64,000 nucleotides of DNA, taken from positions 1,178,001 to 1,242,000 of the forward strand of contig CDROCS010000253.1 in NCBI GenBank assembly GCA_977020255.1, written 5' to 3'. Source of the stretch: Obrimoposthia wandeli. Taxonomy: Eukaryota. This document shows positions 27,869 to 38,683 of this stretch, piece after piece; positions within the stretch are counted from its first letter, which is position 1, and each line of letters begins with the position of its first letter. The notes under the pieces were generated by a model, which was given only the letters and a program-made list of their open reading frames with translations, was not told where the DNA came from and did no database searches. The position numbers and the translations under genes were made by a program.

Positions 27869-28441
27869 GTGATGGCGTGGCAAGAAACTCATAAAGAGCA
27901 ATCAAAAGAGAAAATATTAAAAAGTGCAGCGATGCTTTTTACTCATCATGGTTTTGAAAAAATATCGATTGACCAAGTGATGAAAAATGCTGAACTTACC
28001 AGAGGCGCATTTTATAGCCACTTTAGTTCAAAAAGCGATCTGTACGCGCAAGCAATAAGTAAAGCAGCAATAATTGCTTCAAAGCGTAAACCAGAAAAAT
28101 GTCCGCAAAATATGAAAGACTTTGTTAAATACTATTTAAGTGTTGAGCATAGGGATAATCATTATGAACAGGCATGCCCATTAGCATTTTTGGTTTCAGA
28201 TATTAATCAACAAGATAACCAAGTTAAAGAAACTTACACCAAAACCATGAAAGCTTTTATAGCGCAAGCTCAATCATTAACAGTCAGTCGAGAACAAGCA
28301 TTACAAAGTGCGGTACTTATGATCGGTGGCTTGGCTTTATCCAGAGCTTTAGATGATAAAGACTTCAGTAATGAGCTTTTAGCTGCTTGTAAAATAGGGG
28401 TTATTTCATTATCAAAGGAAGAGGACAGTGATGTCAGCTGA
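27869..28441 (+). CDS. TetR/AcrR family transcriptional regulator
   Basis: KILKSAAMLFTHHGFEKISIDQVMKNAELTRGAFYSHF HTH. Confidence 0.93.
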   Translation: MMAWQETHKEQSKEKILKSAAMLFTHHGFEKISIDQVMKNAELTRGAFYSHFSSKSDLYAQAISKAAIIASKRKPEKCPQNMKDFVKYYLSVEHRDNHYEQACPLAFLVSDINQQDNQVKETYTKTMKAFIAQAQSLTVSREQALQSAVLMIGGLALSRALDDKDFSNELLAACKIGVISLSKEEDSDVS

Positions 28442-28724
28442 ACTAAGTATAATATTATTAAACGCAGTGATTATTGCCATTGCTTATGTTTGGGTGTATC
28501 CAAAAGTAGCGGGTAAAGATATCAATAAGGTGGCGATATTTGACTGCATAACCTCTGGCCTAGCGCTTACTATTGTAGCAAATAAATATTGGGGAAGTGG
28601 AATTGAATTAGACTTTCTACTGTTTGAGCTAAACTGGTTTTGGTTTACCTTGCTTAGTTACAGTGTTATTGAGATACCAGTAGCACTTTGGTATTTTAGG
28701 GCTTCATTCATTAAAGGTAACTAA
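28428..28724 (+). CDS. Small membrane hypothetical protein
   Basis: 98 aa, three hydrophobic segments, overlaps the TetR stop. Confidence 0.78.
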   Translation: MMSAELSIILLNAVIIAIAYVWVYPKVAGKDINKVAIFDCITSGLALTIVANKYWGSGIELDFLLFELNWFWFTLLSYSVIEIPVALWYFRASFIKGN

Positions 28725-28750
28725 AGCTAGAGGGTATTATCGGGCTATAT

Positions 28751-29743
28751 TTAGATGATTTTTGCGTCAGGGACTAATTCAAACAGTAACCCTTCACGAA
28801 GTGCACCACTTGAAAGGCATAATGTCTTAATATTCAGGCATTCAAATAAAGCAATTAAAATACTTAAACCGCCGGCTAATACTGCTTTGCGATCAGCTCT
28901 GAGTCCTGCGATGTCGATATTATCTATAGTCTTACAATGTATCAGTATTTGTTCGATTTCATAAAGAAACTCTAAGGTGATAATGGGTGCTTGCTTACGT
29001 TGACTAAGTATCTCTGTCATGGCTTGCATAGTGCCAGAGCTACCAACAGCCGACTGCCAACCCAGTTGAATAAACTCTTCTTTCACCGTGTTAATAATAT
29101 CTGCTGCACCGGCAATACACTGAGTAAAGTTTTCTTTTTTCAATAGATCATCGGTAAAATATTTACCAATAAAACTAACGCAACCAATATCTAAACTAAC
29201 TACTTTTTTTGCTGTACAACCTAAACCAACAATAATTTCGGTACTTGCTCCGCCAATATCGAGTACTAATTGCTTAGCCGGTGATTGTGGGTTATTGGTA
29301 GTAGAAGTATGAGCAACACCCGCATAAATCGTTGTGGCTTCTTGCTCGCCACTTAGTAATTTTATTTCTTTGGGTAAAATTTTCTTCGCCGCATCAAAAA
29401 AAAGCTGATTATTCTTGGCAATGCGTAATGCCGCTGTTGCGACAATAAGAATATTATTTACTGGAATACTATTGAGGTATAAGGCGAAGTTTTTAAGACA
29501 ATCAAGACCACGTATTATGGCCTCAGCTGTTAATAGATTATTAGTATCTAAGCCAGCAGCTAAGCGAACCTTTTGCTTAACTTTAGTAACGGTTTTTATA
29601 GATTTACCCGTTGGTGTTGTTACTAATTGGGTAATAAGAAGGTGGAAACTATTAGAGCCTAAATCGACCACAGCATAATGACTCTCATCATACTGTGGTA
29701 TTGCCTTTGATGTGGCTTGATTTTGGCTCATTAGATCAGTCAA
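28751..29743 (-). CDS. gppA: Ppx/GppA-family phosphatase (GppA position), lacking the C-terminal HD region
   Basis: VDLGSNSFHL, VATAALR, LSGEQEA, DIGGASTE, GSSGT, GALREGLL; directly downstream of rhlB; stops about 10 aa after REGLL. Confidence 0.8.
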   Translation of the reverse strand: MTDLMSQNQATSKAIPQYDESHYAVVDLGSNSFHLLITQLVTTPTGKSIKTVTKVKQKVRLAAGLDTNNLLTAEAIIRGLDCLKNFALYLNSIPVNNILIVATAALRIAKNNQLFFDAAKKILPKEIKLLSGEQEATTIYAGVAHTSTTNNPQSPAKQLVLDIGGASTEIIVGLGCTAKKVVSLDIGCVSFIGKYFTDDLLKKENFTQCIAGAADIINTVKEEFIQLGWQSAVGSSGTMQAMTEILSQRKQAPIITLEFLYEIEQILIHCKTIDNIDIAGLRADRKAVLAGGLSILIALFECLNIKTLCLSSGALREGLLFELVPDAKII

Positions 29744-29775
29744 TGCGCTTTATATCCAAGGGCGAGGCTAATTAA

Positions 29776-31062
29776 TTAGCTACGCGTACCGCGATTAGGG
29801 TTACTACTACGGTTTGCTTGTCTAGGGTTTGCGCGACCGCCTTGTCTATTACCGCCCGGTCTAGGACGGCGTTGACGTGGTTTAGGTCTTGGTAAGTCAG
29901 TCAGCAATGCATCACTGTCATACTTAGTTACCGGTAGTTCATGTTCAATATAAGCTTCAATTTCAGGTAAATTAAAAACATATTGTTCACAAGCCAAACT
30001 AATTGCATGACCCGTTGCACCAGCACGGCCGGTACGACCAATACGGTGAACATAATCTTGACAATCATCAGGCAAATCATAGTTAAAAACATGCGTTACA
30101 CTAGGAATATGTAAACCACGTGCAGCAACATCGGTTGCTACTAGAATATCTACAGTACCTTCAGTAAATTCTTCTAATATTTTTAAGCGCTTCTTCTGTG
30201 GTACATCGCCCGTTAACAAACCAACACGAATTTTATCAGCATTTAGGTGGTCAAAAACCTTTTCACAAACATGTTTAGTATTTGCAAATACAATGGCTTT
30301 TTCTGGCCAATCTTCTTCAATTAACGTTTGCAGCAAAGTCATTTTATCTTCGTTTGAAGGATAAAATAGTTCTTCAGAGATGCGGATATTTGTTTTTTGC
30401 CCAGGTTCAACTTCTACGCTGGTTGGATCGTTCATGTGATCAAAGGCAAGTTCTTTAACACGAAATGATAAGGTTGCAGAGAACAGCATGCTTAAACGTT
30501 CTGTTGCAGGAGGCATTTTATCAAACATATAACGAATATCTTTAATAAAGCCTAAGTCAAACATTCTATCAGCTTCATCAAGTACAATGACTTCGATATT
30601 TTTTAGGTTGTAAATACCTTGCTTCATGTAATCAATTAAACGACCACAAGTACCAATAAGAATATCAACACCAGCTTCTAGTTCTAAACGTTGACTTTCA
30701 TAACCTTCGCCCCCATATACTACACCAAGGCGTAATCCGGTACTTTTTGCCATCTCTTTAGCATCACGGTGAATTTGTATTGCTAATTCACGTGTAGGAG
30801 CCATGATTAAGGCGCGAGGTTGATTATGAGTAGGTGCTTCTTTTTGAAGCAAATGATGGAAAGTAGCAGCTAAAAAGGCAATGGTTTTACCTTCACCTGT
30901 TTGTGCTTGGCCAGCTATATCAGTGCCTTGCAAAAGAACGGGTAAAGATTTCGCCTGAATAGACGTACAATAGTCGAAGCCCATGGCCTCTAGTCCGGTA
31001 ACGACTTGCGGAGCAAGATTTAGGTCAGCGAATTTAGTTTCTGTTAAGTGTGTTTTTTTCAT
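29776..31062 (-). CDS. rhlB: ATP-dependent RNA helicase RhlB
   Basis: [38 protein letters not shown]; divergent from trxA. Confidence 0.97.
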   Translation of the reverse strand: MKKTHLTETKFADLNLAPQVVTGLEAMGFDYCTSIQAKSLPVLLQGTDIAGQAQTGEGKTIAFLAATFHHLLQKEAPTHNQPRALIMAPTRELAIQIHRDAKEMAKSTGLRLGVVYGGEGYESQRLELEAGVDILIGTCGRLIDYMKQGIYNLKNIEVIVLDEADRMFDLGFIKDIRYMFDKMPPATERLSMLFSATLSFRVKELAFDHMNDPTSVEVEPGQKTNIRISEELFYPSNEDKMTLLQTLIEEDWPEKAIVFANTKHVCEKVFDHLNADKIRVGLLTGDVPQKKRLKILEEFTEGTVDILVATDVAARGLHIPSVTHVFNYDLPDDCQDYVHRIGRTGRAGATGHAISLACEQYVFNLPEIEAYIEHELPVTKYDSDALLTDLPRPKPRQRRPRPGGNRQGGRANPRQANRSSNPNRGTRS

Positions 31063-31224
31063 GGCGCTAGCTTAACAGTTTTGTTAACAGAATAGTTGCT
31101 TAATAAATAATTAATTAATTCTATTACTGTTTATTGTAACGAATGTTACATAAACAGTATTGGAAAAGTAGTGAATCACGGTATAATTACCACAAAGGCG
31201 TTTTCGCCATAACGAACGGAGAAT

Positions 31225-31554
31225 ATGATGAGTGATAAAATTGTTCAGCTAACTGATGATAGTTTTGAAGCAGATGTATTAAAAGCATCGGGTTTAGTAT
31301 TAGTTGATTTTTGGGCTGAATGGTGTGGTCCATGTAAAATGATTGCCCCAGTACTTGATGATATCGCCACAGAATACGATGGCAAAGTAACTGTTGGTAA
31401 ATTAAACATTGACCAAAACTCAGCGACACCACCTAAATATGGTGTACGTGGTATTCCAACATTATTACTTTTTAAAGATGGTGAAATTGCTGACACTAAA
31501 GTGGGCGCACTATCAAAAACTCAATTGAAAGAGTTTTTAGATAAAAACTTGTAA
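31225..31554 (+). CDS. trxA: Thioredoxin 1
   Basis: [24 protein letters not shown]. Confidence 0.98.
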   Translation: MMSDKIVQLTDDSFEADVLKASGLVLVDFWAEWCGPCKMIAPVLDDIATEYDGKVTVGKLNIDQNSATPPKYGVRGIPTLLLFKDGEIADTKVGALSKTQLKEFLDKNL

Positions 31555-31565
31555 TATGTAAAAAT

Positions 31566-31605
31566 AAAAGCCTGATAACTGATACCTAAGTTAGCAGGCT
31601 TTTTT
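31566..31605 (+). terminator. Terminator/attenuator hairpin between trxA and rho
   Basis: AAAAGCCTGATAACT...AGTTAGCAGGCTTTTT. Confidence 0.7.
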
Positions 31606-31807
31606 GTTATTGCAGGTAAAATATTTACTTACATTTTTATTCTACCTTTACCTAATCAATTTTTAGTGCTAAATTTACCCCCTGAGTACAAAATAGCATC
31701 GCTTTATCTCTATCCTTATTTATTATAAAAATATAAAAACATTGAAAACACACTAGTGTCGGCAATCCCCAAGGCACCATCCCTTAAAATAGTTTAAGAA
31801 ACCCCCT

Positions 31808-33067
31808 ATGAACCTTACCGAACTGAAAGAAAAATCAATTAATGAATTGGTTGAGCTTGCTGCGACCATGAAGCTTGAAAACCTTGCTAGAACACGTAAA
31901 CAAGACATAATTTTTGCTATTTTAAAAGCACATGCTGAAGGCGATAATGATATTTTCGGCGGCGGTGTTTTAGAGATTTTACAAGATGGTTTTGGCTTCT
32001 TACGCTCAGCAGACTCTTCATACTTAGCAGGCCCAGATGATATTTATGTATCACCAAGCCAAATTCGCCGCTTTAGTATGCGCACGGGTGATACCATCCA
32101 AGGTAAAATTCGTTCTCCGAAAAAAGGTGAACGTTACTTTGCCTTATTAAAAGTGACTGAAGTTAACTTTGACCGACCTGAAAACACTCGCAATAAAATT
32201 TTATTTGAAAACCTAACACCTATTCATCCAACAGATCGTTTTTCGTTGGCGCGTGGTAATGGTTCAACAGAAGATATTACCGCACGTATTTTAGATTTAG
32301 CCTCGCCAATTGGTAAAGGACAACGTGGTTTAATCGTTGCTCCACCAAAAGCCGGTAAAACATTATTATTACAAAACATTGCCCAAAGTATTGCGCACAA
32401 TAATCCAGACGCAGAATTAATGGTATTGTTGATTGATGAACGTCCAGAAGAAGTTACTGAAATGCAACGCCTGGTTAAAGGTGAAGTTATTGCTTCAACG
32501 TTCGATGAACCAGCAAGTCGCCATGTACAAGTGGCTGAAATGGTAATCGAAAAAGCAAAACGTTTAGTTGAACACAAAAAAGACGTGGTTATTTTACTTG
32601 ATTCAATTACCCGTTTAGCACGTGCTTATAACACGGTAATTCCATCGTCAGGTAAGATCTTGACTGGTGGTGTTGATGCGAATGCTTTGCATCGTCCAAA
32701 GCGTTTCTTTGGTGCAGCACGTAACATTGAAGAAGGTGGTAGTTTAACTATTATCGCTACAGCACTAGTAGAAACCGGTTCTAAAATGGATGAAGTTATC
32801 TATGAAGAATTTAAAGGTACAGGTAATATGGAATTACACCTGTCACGTAAAATTTCTGAAAAACGCGTTTTCCCTGCTATTAACATTAACCGTAGTGGTA
32901 CACGTCGTGAAGAGCTTATTACTAAGCCAGACGAATTACAAAAAATGTGGATCTTGCGTAAAATCGTTCATGAAATGGATGAAATAGGCGCGATTGAATT
33001 TCTTATTGATAAGTTAGCAATGACTAAAACCAATGATGAATTTTTTGATTCAATGAAACGTAAGTAA
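31808..33067 (+). CDS. rho: Transcription termination factor Rho
   Basis: [32 protein letters not shown], 419 aa. Confidence 0.99.
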   Translation: MNLTELKEKSINELVELAATMKLENLARTRKQDIIFAILKAHAEGDNDIFGGGVLEILQDGFGFLRSADSSYLAGPDDIYVSPSQIRRFSMRTGDTIQGKIRSPKKGERYFALLKVTEVNFDRPENTRNKILFENLTPIHPTDRFSLARGNGSTEDITARILDLASPIGKGQRGLIVAPPKAGKTLLLQNIAQSIAHNNPDAELMVLLIDERPEEVTEMQRLVKGEVIASTFDEPASRHVQVAEMVIEKAKRLVEHKKDVVILLDSITRLARAYNTVIPSSGKILTGGVDANALHRPKRFFGAARNIEEGGSLTIIATALVETGSKMDEVIYEEFKGTGNMELHLSRKISEKRVFPAININRSGTRREELITKPDELQKMWILRKIVHEMDEIGAIEFLIDKLAMTKTNDEFFDSMKRK

Positions 33068-33099
33068 TCCAAAGTCTACGTAAGTCCGTATAGCAATAC

Positions 33100-33365
33100 T
33101 ATACCCGCTCCACTTGAAGATGCAGGGTTCAGCTGGAATTATAAACGCCTTTAGGCAAGGCATTGATTGAAGAGAATAGTTATTCTATTGTCGAAATCAA
33201 TAACGCAGTGTAAAGCGTTTATAAACCAGCCCTTTGGGGAAAACTGAGCAAAACATACTCGTCGTTACATTTGTTGCTAAGGGGATAACCATTAACAAAA
33301 AATGTGCCTTGATTATGATTCGCTCAGGTTTCCTGAAACGAGCATCTTCAAGTGGAACGGGTATA
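33100..33365 (+). mobile_element. ERIC-like MITE, copy C (266 bp)
   Basis: TIRs TATACCCGCTCCACTTGAAGATGC / GCATCTTCAAGTGGAACGGGTATA, shared core. Confidence 0.9.
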
Positions 33366-33400
33366 TATCGACAGACTATTTTGCCGATACTTTATTAAAC

Positions 33401-33427
33401 AAAGCCAGTCACTTCGACTGGCTTTTT
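33401..33427 (+). terminator. Rho-independent terminator downstream of rho and the MITE
   Basis: AAAGCCAGTC-acttc-GACTGGCTTTTT. Confidence 0.75.
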
Positions 33428-33450
33428 AATTAGAGCCTAAATACCGCATT

Positions 33451-34932
33451 ATGAAATACAGTGATTTAAGAGATTTTATTATTCAGCTTGAAAAAAGGGG
33501 AGAGCTAAAGCGCATTACGCAGCCTATTTCTACCCATTTAACCATGACTGAAATTAGCGACCGAACGCTAAGAGCCAAAGGGCCGGCATTACTTTTTGAA
33601 AATGCGGTCAATGAAAATGGTGAACGATACAGTATGCCAGTGCTGACTAATCTGTTCGGTACCCCAGATAGAGTTGCCTTAGCAATGGGGCAAGAGAACG
33701 TAGGTGCTTTACGCGATGTAGGTAAGTTATTAGCTATGCTAAAAGAGCCGGAACCACCAAAAGGTTTTCGTGATGCTATCGGTAAAATACCTGTGTATAA
33801 ACAAGTATTAAATATGCCAGTAAAAGTTATCAAAAAACCACTATGCCAACAAATAGTGCTATCAGGTGATGACGTTGATTTGACTAAACTTCCAATACAA
33901 ACTTGTTGGCCGGGTGATGTAGCACCCTTAATTACTTGGGGTTTAACGGTTACTAGAGGTCCGCATAAAGAACGTCAAAACCTAGGTATTTATCGTCAAC
34001 AAGTACTGAGTAAAAATAAAGTTATTATGCGTTGGCTATCACATCGTGGTGGTGCGCTTGATTTTCAAGAGTTTAAAAAAGAAAATCCAGGTGAGAAATA
34101 CCCTGTATCTGTCGCTTTAGGCGCAGACCCAGCAACAATCCTAGGTGCAGTAACACCCGTACCAGACACACTTTCTGAATATGCTTTCGCGGGTTTATTA
34201 CGTGGCGCTAAAACCGAAGTAGCTAAATCAATAAGTAATGACTTAGAAGTTCCAGCGACAGCAGAAATTATTTTGGAAGGGTATTTAGATCCGGAAGAAA
34301 CCGCGCCAGAAGGGCCTTATGGCGATCATACTGGTTATTACAATGAAGTAGATAACTTTCCTGTGATGACAGTTACGCATATCACTATGCGTAAAGATGC
34401 TATTTACCACAGCACATACACGGGCAGGCCGCCTGATGAACCAGCAATATTAGGTGTTGCGCTTAATGAAGTCTTTGTACCTATTTTACAAAAGCAATTC
34501 CCTGAAATTCAGGACTTCTATTTACCGCCAGAAGGCTGCTCTTATCGTTTAGCTGTTGTGACTATTAAAAAGCAATATGCAGGTCATGCCAAGCGAGTAA
34601 TGATGGGCGTATGGTCATTTTTACGACAATTTATGTACACCAAATTTGTGATAGTATGTGATGATGATATTAATGCCAGAGATTGGGAAGATGTCATTTG
34701 GGCAATGACTACCCGAATGGATCCTAGCCGTGATACTGTTTTGATAGAAAACACGCCAATTGATTACCTTGATTTTGCATCACCTGTCTCTGGTTTAGGC
34801 TCTAAAATGGGCATGGATGCGACCAATAAATGGCCTGGTGAAACAAATCGTGAATGGGGCGAACCTATTGAGATGACAAAGGAAATTAAAGACCAAGTTG
34901 ATGAACTTTGGGATGAATTAAATATTTTATAG
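33451..34932 (+). CDS. ubiD: 4-hydroxy-3-polyprenylbenzoate decarboxylase UbiD
   Basis: [42 protein letters not shown]. Confidence 0.97.
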   Translation: MKYSDLRDFIIQLEKRGELKRITQPISTHLTMTEISDRTLRAKGPALLFENAVNENGERYSMPVLTNLFGTPDRVALAMGQENVGALRDVGKLLAMLKEPEPPKGFRDAIGKIPVYKQVLNMPVKVIKKPLCQQIVLSGDDVDLTKLPIQTCWPGDVAPLITWGLTVTRGPHKERQNLGIYRQQVLSKNKVIMRWLSHRGGALDFQEFKKENPGEKYPVSVALGADPATILGAVTPVPDTLSEYAFAGLLRGAKTEVAKSISNDLEVPATAEIILEGYLDPEETAPEGPYGDHTGYYNEVDNFPVMTVTHITMRKDAIYHSTYTGRPPDEPAILGVALNEVFVPILQKQFPEIQDFYLPPEGCSYRLAVVTIKKQYAGHAKRVMMGVWSFLRQFMYTKFVIVCDDDINARDWEDVIWAMTTRMDPSRDTVLIENTPIDYLDFASPVSGLGSKMGMDATNKWPGETNREWGEPIEMTKEIKDQVDELWDELNIL

Positions 34933-35041
34933 ATATTGCTGACTATACTCAAATACAGTAGCAATTTTAGCTTATTACCTCTTGGCACAAGCAATCAGTT
35001 TGCTGACGAGAATCACCAATAAAGTAGAAAAAGGTTAGAGA

Positions 35042-35761
35042 ATGAAAACAGTTAGTTGTCAAATACAGTCGTTATCATCGTTAACGCCTCATGTTTATAA
35101 AGTACTATTAAAACCCAATGAAAAAGTTGATTTTATTGCTGGCCAATATTTAAACTTTATTCTAAGTGATGAGGATAAACGTCCATTTTCAATTGCTAGC
35201 TCACCAAACAGTGAAATAATTGAATTACAAATAGGTGCCTTTGTTGCCGATAGTTACCCTATGCAGGTAATTGAGCGTATTAAAGCTAGTCATGCGAGTG
35301 GTGAGGCAGTAACCATTGAAATACCTGCAGGCAATGCGCAATTACGTACAGAGAGTGCACGACCATTATTGTTACTTGCTGGTGGTACTGGTTTTTCATA
35401 TATAAAATCAATGTTTGAGTATTTAGCAGAGCAAAATTCGCAGCGTCATATCATGGTTTATTGGGGATTACGTGAAGAAAGTGCCATGTATGAGCTCGAA
35501 AAAACCATTGCTACTATTGCTAAGCTTGCTCACGCTAACTTTATTCCAGTGATTGAAAACATTGATGAAAACGCACCGAAACCATGGCAAGGTAAAACGG
35601 GCTTAGTTCACCAAGCCGCCATGCATGATATTGTAAGTTTTGAACCCTACGATATTTATTTAGCAGGTCGTTTTGATATGGTTGGTGCTATTCGTAGTGA
35701 CTTTGTTGAGCATGGCGCGTTGTTAGAGCATATGTACGCAGATGCATTTGCCTTTATTTAA
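35042..35761 (+). CDS. fre: NAD(P)H-flavin reductase
   Basis: F.AGQYL, RPFSIAS, LLAGGTGFSY, IYLAGRFDM, DAFAFI; follows ubiD. Confidence 0.95.
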   Translation: MKTVSCQIQSLSSLTPHVYKVLLKPNEKVDFIAGQYLNFILSDEDKRPFSIASSPNSEIIELQIGAFVADSYPMQVIERIKASHASGEAVTIEIPAGNAQLRTESARPLLLLAGGTGFSYIKSMFEYLAEQNSQRHIMVYWGLREESAMYELEKTIATIAKLAHANFIPVIENIDENAPKPWQGKTGLVHQAAMHDIVSFEPYDIYLAGRFDMVGAIRSDFVEHGALLEHMYADAFAFI

Positions 35762-35779
35762 TACCAAACGGATTAATTA
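35761..35779. repeat. Solo terminal inverted repeat of the subfamily-A MITE at the fre stop codon
   Basis: ATACCAAACGGATTAATTA, identical over 19 nt to the reverse complement of 17244-17262. Confidence 0.7.
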
Positions 35780-35809
35780 GCCCTATTGCTATAGCGGTTA
35801 AAGTCCAAC

Positions 35810-35838
35810 AAAAAATCACGTCATTGACGTGTTTTTTT
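35810..35838. terminator. Bidirectional terminator between fre and the response regulator
   Basis: AAAAAAT-CACGTCA-t-TGACGTG-TTTTTTT. Confidence 0.75.
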
Positions 35839-35894
35839 GTATCTACAATATAGCGTTCGTGAGGCTAACTTACCAAAGTTAAAATGTTAAGTTA

Positions 35895-36554
35895 TTAACC
35901 TTGCTTAAATCCAGCTTCAGTTAAACTTAACTGAGCGATAGCAATAACTGCTTGCGTGCGATTACGGACGTCTAGTTTTCTAAAAATAGCGGTAGCATGT
36001 GCCTTAATTGTCGCCTCAGATACATTTAAATCATAAGCAATTTGCTTATTCAACATGCCTTGCGCGAACATCATTAAGATACGATATTGCTGTTGGGTTA
36101 AGCTGGCAACGCGTTCAGCAATGTCGCCGTCATTATTATCCCTTTGTTTTTGTTCAAAAGAAGCAGGTAACCAGATGTTACCTGACAATACAGCAACAAT
36201 AGCAGAATAAATATCATCAACAGGCGTAGATTTTGGCACAAAGCCAGCAGCACCATAGGACATCGCTTTGCTAATGGTGCCATGATCTTCATGAGCGGAT
36301 ACGATAACAACAGGAATTTGTGGGAAGTGATTACGTACATGGATTAGGGTATTAAAGCCATGAGCGCCAGGAATATTTAGATCCAATAATAGCAAGTCAC
36401 TGTCTTTATTGTTGGCGAGTTGTTGCTCAAGCTCTTCAATTGTTTGCGCTTCAAGCCATATAGTATAAGTTAACTTGGCTTTTAATGTCCCTAATAAAGC
36501 TTGTCTAAATAAGGGATGATCGTCAGCTATTATTATTTTTTCTGGCTGAATCAT
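35895..36554 (-). CDS. LuxR/NarL-family response regulator (CrbR/ErdR-like)
   Basis: IIADDHPLFR, LLLLDLNIPG, GFVPKS, LNKQIAYDLNVSEATIKAH..AIFRKL.V.NRTQAV. Confidence 0.9.
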   Translation of the reverse strand: MIQPEKIIIADDHPLFRQALLGTLKAKLTYTIWLEAQTIEELEQQLANNKDSDLLLLDLNIPGAHGFNTLIHVRNHFPQIPVVIVSAHEDHGTISKAMSYGAAGFVPKSTPVDDIYSAIVAVLSGNIWLPASFEQKQRDNNDGDIAERVASLTQQQYRILMMFAQGMLNKQIAYDLNVSEATIKAHATAIFRKLDVRNRTQAVIAIAQLSLTEAGFKQG

Positions 36555-36693
36555 AACAAGTATCCTAAGGAGTAATTATTCCATTCTAACGGAAAAACTT
36601 TTAATAACAATGCATAGTTATGAATAGTTAGTATAGTGCGCTAAGCATAAAGCTGTAATGCTTCACATTAATATTTATACCGTTGAGAATGAT

Positions 36694-36862
36694 TAGGGGT
36701 TGTTGATTTTTCAGATTTAAATTTTTAAATTTAAATCGACTTTAATAACGGATTTAATCGTGGCTGGATTTTTGTAGCAGAGTCATACTATCTAAAACGA
36801 TCAACAATGAGTCAAATCGCTTTAAACACAGCCAAGAAACAGCGTTTTTTGAAAGGTAGACG
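36694..36862. mobile_element. Degenerate copy of a possible second MITE-like repeat family
   Basis: Starts TAGGGGTTGTTGATTTTTC, resembling by recall the TAGGGNCTGTTGATCTTT-ended intergenic repeats of Shewanella/Colwellia-like genomes. Internal AAAACGATCAACA; right end eroded. Only one copy in the window. Confidence 0.35.
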
Positions 36863-37078
36863 CTTTATCGAAAGATTCATTTAGTATGCTCAATGAAGTG
36901 AATTGAAGAGATTAGAGCTGCACTAGACCGCTTGGAACAATATTTTTATCTTGGGAGAATAATAAGAGTATTTTGAGGGAATTATCGATTAATGTTAAAT
37001 AAAATATCGCACTAGAAAGAGCGTATAAATTACGTTGTCAGGTAAAAATTAGGAAGAAAATAAGATGGTCGCCTCAAA

Positions 37079-37116
37079 ATGAGAAACTGATAGCCTAGAC
37101 TAGCAGTTTCTCATTT
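37079..37116 (-). terminator. Terminator after pepD
   Basis: TGAGAAACTG-atagcctagactag-CAGTTTCTCA, with an A-run on the plus strand to its left. Confidence 0.65.
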
Positions 37117-37124
37117 ATTGACCT

Positions 37125-38588
37125 TTATTTTTGTGGGATGTTAGCTAATACAGCAACTAATAGTTGCCAATATTGCTCAACGGTCGAAATTTCAATTTTT
37201 TCGTCTGGTGAATGAGGGAACTTAATGGTTGGCCCAATAGATACCATATCCCAATGTGGGTAGGCTGTTTTGAATAACCCACATTCTAAACCTGCATGAA
37301 TTACCATTACTGCGGGTACTTTATTAAATATGCTTTGATAAGTATCTCGGACAGTTTTCATGATGGCTGAATCGGTATCAGGCTTCCAGCCAGGATACGC
37401 ACCTGAGAAAACAACGCTAGCACCAGCAAGTTCAAAAACAGATTGTACCATGCGTTGACTTTCTAAACGGCCATCATCATGTAAGCTGCGTATTAATACC
37501 ATAGCATTAAGTTTACTGCCACGAGTATGAATCACCCCTAAATTTAGTGATGTTTCAACAATGCCTTCAATGTCATCACTCATACGAATGACACCATTAG
37601 GGCAAGCATTCAGAGCACGTAAAATTGAAGCTTGCGTGGCTTTTGTCCAACATTGCTCAAAGTCTTCTGGTGAAATTAGTAACATATCGATATCAGTTTC
37701 AATGGCACCTAGGTTAGCGCTAATTGTTGCTAGGTACTCTGCTAAAGCAACTTTCAATGCCTTAACTTTATCTTGGGCAACAACAAAACTGGCATTAGCT
37801 TCTCGAGGGATAGCATTACGTAAACTACCGCCATTAAGCTCTGTCAGGCTGATATCAAAGTCAATGCTAGCATTCAGTAAAAATCGTACTAATAACTTGT
37901 TAGCGTTTGCACGGCCAGTATGAATATCAACACCAGAATGACCGCCTTTTAAGCCTGAGATAGATAAGTTAAAAGCTTGGTAATCGCTAGGAACATCTTC
38001 AAGGATGAGTGGGAAAGTGGCATTACCATCAATACCACCAGCACAGCCCATGTAAACTTCACCTTCTTGCTCTGAATCGGTGTTAATTAAAATGTCACCA
38101 TCAAGCCAGCCAGCTTCTAGACCAAAAGCACCGGTCATTCCAGCTTCTTCATCAATGGTTACCAATACTTCTAACGGGCCATGCGGAATATCATCACTGG
38201 CTAAAATTGCCAATGCTGAAGCTAAACCAACACCATTGTCTGCACCTAATGTTGTTCCTTCTGCGGTTACCCAATCTCCAGAGTCGATAACATAAGGCTT
38301 AATTGGATCGGTGGTAAAATCATGGACAGTATCATTATTTTTCTGTGGCACCATATCCATATGTGCTTGTAAAATTATACCTTTACGGTCTTCCATGCCA
38401 GCAGTTGCTGGTTTTTTAATAAATAAGTTACCGACAGCATCTTCTTTAATGGCCAAGCCAAGTTCTTTAGCCCAGTCTTGTATCCATAAAGATATTTTTT
38501 GCTCATGCTTAGAAGGGTGTGGAATACTGCAAATTTTTTCAAATAGTTGCCATAAACGGGTAGGTTGTAATTGTGAGAGAGTACTCAT
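37125..38588 (-). CDS. pepD: Aminoacyl-histidine dipeptidase PepD (M20C)
   Basis: IPHPSKHE, ILQAHMDMV, TTLGADNG, DEEAGM, NTDSE, GGHSG, IHAGLECG, HSPDE. Confidence 0.96.
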   Translation of the reverse strand: MSTLSQLQPTRLWQLFEKICSIPHPSKHEQKISLWIQDWAKELGLAIKEDAVGNLFIKKPATAGMEDRKGIILQAHMDMVPQKNNDTVHDFTTDPIKPYVIDSGDWVTAEGTTLGADNGVGLASALAILASDDIPHGPLEVLVTIDEEAGMTGAFGLEAGWLDGDILINTDSEQEGEVYMGCAGGIDGNATFPLILEDVPSDYQAFNLSISGLKGGHSGVDIHTGRANANKLLVRFLLNASIDFDISLTELNGGSLRNAIPREANASFVVAQDKVKALKVALAEYLATISANLGAIETDIDMLLISPEDFEQCWTKATQASILRALNACPNGVIRMSDDIEGIVETSLNLGVIHTRGSKLNAMVLIRSLHDDGRLESQRMVQSVFELAGASVVFSGAYPGWKPDTDSAIMKTVRDTYQSIFNKVPAVMVIHAGLECGLFKTAYPHWDMVSIGPTIKFPHSPDEKIEISTVEQYWQLLVAVLANIPQK

Positions 38589-38683
38589 CGTTTTCCTCGG
38601 AAATTGTAAGATTATTTACTATAAGTTACTGGTATCACTGCAACTTATAGCTAGGGGTGACAGTGGTTCGGGTATTGCTGTAA

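Noticed and set aside
36902-36975. IEEIRAALDRLEQ peptide resembling the DksA/TraR coiled-coil
   Set aside because: Only 13 aa, preceded by a stop, and no zinc-finger cysteines follow.
38577-38588. SBS-like 12-mers at the pepD start (GAGAGTACTCAT) and before rpmB (43357-43368)
   Set aside because: 10/12 matches, explained by start-codon and RBS sequence.
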